Position numbers and translations under genes: made by a program
Shown here: piece after piece, positions 47,865 through 51,129 of the stretch
Layout: every line of letters starts with the position of its first letter
Position numbering within the stretch: position 1 is the stretch's first letter
Notes under the pieces: generated by a model
Database searches by the model: none
Seen by the model: the letters and a program-made list of their open reading frames with translations, nothing else
Told to the model about the DNA's origin: nothing
Assembly (NCBI GenBank): GCA_046485285.1
Contig: JAWOHE010000010.1
Coordinates: 1 to 51,129 of the forward strand
Direction: 5' to 3'
Source: a bacterium
GTDB taxonomy: Bacteria > Hydrothermota > Tepidihabitantia > Tepidihabitantales > Tepidihabitantaceae
Length of the DNA: 51,129 nt

Positions 47865-48314
47865 AGGTTTCCTCCTGAGGGATAAGGGCCGGTCGAGTTC
47901 ATTCTAGATGACGGGCCGATGCTGTCAACTCCAGCGGACCGACGTCGCGGCCCGGGCACTATCGCCGGGCCCTGGCCCCAGCGTCCTGACAGGAATGCCC
48001 CGCCTCAACTTAGTGCCTCGGCGCTCGGTCCTCTCTTCACATCGCCGCATTCCTCCCGCCTGTTGGCTGCCGCCGGCCGGGAGAACTGACGCCGAGTCGT
48101 AAATCCGTGCAAAGCGAAACCGCCCCGCGTCCCGCCAACCAAACCGATTGCAGGCTCTTGCCGCGACCGGCCGAGTATCGTTGCGCGGACGCGAAACGCG
48201 GCCGGGTGTGCTGTCCCGGGGACTACCCGGTGGCGGCTACCGGTATCATCCGGGCGGCCTGTTACCGGGCCGGGCTCGCGGTCGCACTACCGCCCGCCGA
48301 CCCGGCGTTTCAAC

Positions 48315-48343
48315 TTGACAGGCACGAACCCGGCGACTAGCTT
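48315..48343 (+). promoter_or_regulatory. sigma70-type promoter, apparently leaderless transcript
   Basis: TTGACA-N17-TAGCTT, then 5 nt to ATG 48349. Confidence 0.6.
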
Positions 48344-48348
48344 CTAGT

Positions 48349-49260
48349 ATGGTGTCTCTCGCACTTGCCCTCAGCCTCCTGGCCATTGACCCCGGCGCGG
48401 GCAGCGCCGGCTTCGACTTCCTCCGCATCACGCCCGGCGCCCGCGAGGCCGCGATGGGCGGCGCCGCGGTCGGCGTCGCCGACAGCCCGCTCGCCTTCTG
48501 GTACAGCCCGGCGCTCGCCGCCGACGCCCCGGGCCAGCAGGCCCAGGTCGGCTACCTGAGCTACGTCGGCGGCATCCACATCGGCTCGGCCGCGTGGTCC
48601 CAGCCGCTCTCCGACCGGCAGGGCATCGGCGTTAGCGTCGTCTACCTGAACTCGGGAACGATGAAACGCACCGACCCGCTCGGCAACGAGCTCGGGACGT
48701 TCGGCGTCTCGTTCGCCGACCTCAACCTCAGCAGCGGCTACCGCGTCACCGACGTCGTCACGCTCGGGCTCGGGCTCCAGGCGCTCTACGGCTCGATTGA
48801 CACCTTCTTCGCGGTCGGGCTCGCCGGCAACGTCGGCGGGACCTTCGCCATCCCGATCGAGGGCATCAACGGCCTCGTCGCCGGCATCGCGGCCCGCAAC
48901 CTCGGCTACCAGGTCAAGGCGTTCCAGAGCGGGCGCGACCCGATGCCGATCGAGTTCGCGGCCGGGCTCGGCTTCCGGCCCAACCCTTCGCTCGCCCTCG
49001 GCGTCGACGTCGTCAAGCCGCTCGACAACCGCCTCCACGTCCTGGCCGGCATCGAGGGCTGGGTCGGCGACATCGTCGCCCTGCGCGCGGGCTACAGCAC
49101 GCTCGGGTCGGACCTGACGTCCGGCGGCGGCACCGACATCCTCGCCGGGGTCTCGACCGGCCTCGGTATCCGGGTCGGGAACTACCAGGTCGACTACTGC
49201 TTCGTCCCGATGGTCGAACTCGGGATGGCTCACCGGCTGTCGTTCAGCATCTCGCTCTAG
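48349..49260 (+). CDS. PorV/PorQ (UPF0164)-like outer-membrane beta-barrel
   Basis: FL.I.PGAR..AMGGA, W.SPAL, RNLG, LRAGY, GLG....VDY, LG.AHR.S. Confidence 0.82.
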   Translation: MVSLALALSLLAIDPGAGSAGFDFLRITPGAREAAMGGAAVGVADSPLAFWYSPALAADAPGQQAQVGYLSYVGGIHIGSAAWSQPLSDRQGIGVSVVYLNSGTMKRTDPLGNELGTFGVSFADLNLSSGYRVTDVVTLGLGLQALYGSIDTFFAVGLAGNVGGTFAIPIEGINGLVAGIAARNLGYQVKAFQSGRDPMPIEFAAGLGFRPNPSLALGVDVVKPLDNRLHVLAGIEGWVGDIVALRAGYSTLGSDLTSGGGTDILAGVSTGLGIRVGNYQVDYCFVPMVELGMAHRLSFSISL

Positions 49261-49264
49261 TGCG

Positions 49265-50215
49265 ATGAAGAAGCAATTCATCCGCGAACTCAAGCCCGGC
49301 CTGCCCGTCGATGACGTCTTCTACCTCACCCGGCGCGACATCAAGGAGCGCCGCGACGGCGCGCCCTTCCTGACCCTCCACTTCGCGGACCGGACCGGCT
49401 CAGTCGCCGGGATAATGTGGGACGGCGTCGAGGACGCCCTGCGCTGCCTGGAGTCGAGCGGCTTCTACCACGTCCAGGGCAAGCTCGGCGACTACCAGGG
49501 CCGGCCCCAGCTCACCGTCAGCGCGATCTACCCGGCCGCGCCCGAGGAGATTCGGCGCGACGACTTCATCGCCGCCAGCCGCCACGACCGCGCCGAGATG
49601 CTCGCGCGCATCCGCCAGTACGCCGCAACGGTCAAGAACCCGCACCTCGGCAAGCTCCTCGACGCCTTCTTCGCCGACGCCGCGTTCGTCGAGCAGTTCT
49701 CGCTCGCCCCGGGCGGCGCCGCGGTGCACCACGCCTGCCTCGGCGGCCTGCTCGAGCACACCCTCTACATGTGCCGGCTCGCCGAGACCGCCGGCGCGGC
49801 CTACGAGGAAGTCGACGCCGACGTGCTGATGACCGGGGTAATCCTCCACGACATCGGCAAGGTTCGAGAGTACGTCTACGAAGTCGCCCTCGACCACACC
49901 TGGGACGGCCGCCTCCTCGGCCACCTCGTGATGGGCTGCGAGATGGTCCGGGAGAAGATCGCCGGCATCAGGGACTTCCCCGAGGAGCTGGCCCGGATGA
50001 TCTCGCACATCATCCTCTCCCACCACGGCCACCTCGAGTTCGGCTCGCCCAAGACCCCGAAGTTCGTCGAGGCCTTCATCGTCTACATGCTCGACAACCT
50101 CGACGCCCGGGTGGCGATGTTCCGCGACGCCGTCAACCGCAACCAGGGCGTCAAGTGGACCGACTACCACCCCTACCTCGAGACCAACATCTACATCGCC
50201 GACAAGCAGGACTGA
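49265..50215 (+). CDS. yhaM: YhaM/Cbf1-like 3'-5' exoribonuclease (OB + HD domains)
   Basis: N-terminal OB fold (D.TG.V...W), HHA..GGLLEH, LHDIGK, GRLLGH, SHHG..E.GSP. Confidence 0.88.
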   Translation: MKKQFIRELKPGLPVDDVFYLTRRDIKERRDGAPFLTLHFADRTGSVAGIMWDGVEDALRCLESSGFYHVQGKLGDYQGRPQLTVSAIYPAAPEEIRRDDFIAASRHDRAEMLARIRQYAATVKNPHLGKLLDAFFADAAFVEQFSLAPGGAAVHHACLGGLLEHTLYMCRLAETAGAAYEEVDADVLMTGVILHDIGKVREYVYEVALDHTWDGRLLGHLVMGCEMVREKIAGIRDFPEELARMISHIILSHHGHLEFGSPKTPKFVEAFIVYMLDNLDARVAMFRDAVNRNQGVKWTDYHPYLETNIYIADKQD

Positions 50216-50860
50216 GTGCCGGGCCGCCCGCCGTCCGACCGCGCCATCGCCCGCGCCGCCGGCGAGCTCGGCCTCGAGCTTGCCCCCGCCCGGCTCGAGC
50301 TCCTCGCGGCCTACGCCGCCCTGCTCCGGCAGTGGAACGCCCGCGTCAACCTCGTCTCGCGCCGGGACGTTGACCGGGTCGAGAGCTACCACGTCCCGGA
50401 CTCGCTCGCGGCCGCGCGGTTCCTCGCCCCGGGTGACCGGGCCGCGGACATTGGCTCGGGCGGCGGCCTGCCCGGCATCCCGCTCGCCATCGCCCGGCCC
50501 GACTGCGAGTTCCTGCTCGTCGAGTCGGTCCGCAAGAAGGCCGACTTCCTGTCCCTCGCGCTCGACCGGCTCCGCCTGGCCAACGCCGGCGTCATCAACG
50601 ACCGGGCCGAGGACGTCCCGCCGCTAGACTGCGATGTCGTCCTGAGCCGGCTGACCGGGCCGCTCCGGACGACCCTGCCGCGCCTCGCCGGGCACTCCCG
50701 GCGCGGCGGCGCGATTGTCCTGTTCAAGCACCCCGAAGCGACCGACCGGCCGTCCGATGTCCTGCTCGCGAAGCTCGGGCTCATCGTTGACCGCATCGTG
50801 GACGTCCGCCTGCCGCTGACCGACGCCACGCGCCGGTTCGTCATCCTCGGCGTGCAGTAG
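50216..50860 (+). CDS. rsmG: 16S rRNA m7G527 methyltransferase
   Basis: WN..VNLVS, H..DSL, DIGSGGGLPGIPLAI, VES..KK..FL, RAE. Confidence 0.92.
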   Translation: MPGRPPSDRAIARAAGELGLELAPARLELLAAYAALLRQWNARVNLVSRRDVDRVESYHVPDSLAAARFLAPGDRAADIGSGGGLPGIPLAIARPDCEFLLVESVRKKADFLSLALDRLRLANAGVINDRAEDVPPLDCDVVLSRLTGPLRTTLPRLAGHSRRGGAIVLFKHPEATDRPSDVLLAKLGLIVDRIVDVRLPLTDATRRFVILGVQ

Positions 50861-50877
50861 CCGGAGAGTCGCCCGCC

Positions 50878-50910
50878 ACAAAAAGAGAGAAGGCCCACCC
50901 CGGGCCTTCT
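50878..50910 (-). terminator. intrinsic terminator downstream of the 16S rRNA gene
   Basis: AGAAGGCCC-N5-GGGCCTTCT stem followed by CTCTTTTTG on the - strand. Confidence 0.75.
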
Positions 50911-50966
50911 ATCTTCATTGGGTGGTGTAACCTCTTCAAGCGTGTTCGGGCCATGCGTATTCTCTT

Positions 50967-51129
<163 letters not shown>

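Overview
High-GC bacterial window. Its type IX secretion (T9SS)-like cargo proteins, PorV-like barrel and Tol-Pal genes suggest a diderm anaerobe close to the FCB group, possibly WOR-3-like; this is an inference. Positions 437-17596 (- strand) hold a very large heterodisulfide-reductase/hydrogenase cluster: hdrC, hdrB, hdrA, hdrA with a GltD-like insert, mvhD, an fdhB-like gene, a tandem hdrC-like gene, a third hdrA, and then a second hdrC, hdrB, mvhG and mvhA. The rest of the window carries two paralogous XRE-HTH genes, a cytidine deaminase/methyltransferase block, several T9SS cargo genes, lemA-htpX, dnaE, a PKD/PQQ lipoprotein and a pal-pal-cpoB-tolQ-tolR-tolA operon interrupted by a GxxExxY nuclease gene. 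It also carries a motif-less M1-peptidase/beta-barrel fusion, an MFS transporter, yebC-ruvCAB, porV-like-yhaM-rsmG and the 3' end of a 16S rRNA gene that is not followed by 23S. The most unusual signals are: (i) micro-repeat elements with 7-mer or 8-mer inverted arms, one flanking the GxxExxY gene and one lying in frame inside an HdrA with a near-identical intergenic copy; (ii) two arrays with a 12-bp period; (iii) His-substituted Fe-S motifs in a tandem HdrC; (iv) unusual translation initiation (four apparently leaderless genes, and ruvC and a methyltransferase lacking canonical start codons); and (v) a shortened 16S helix 44.
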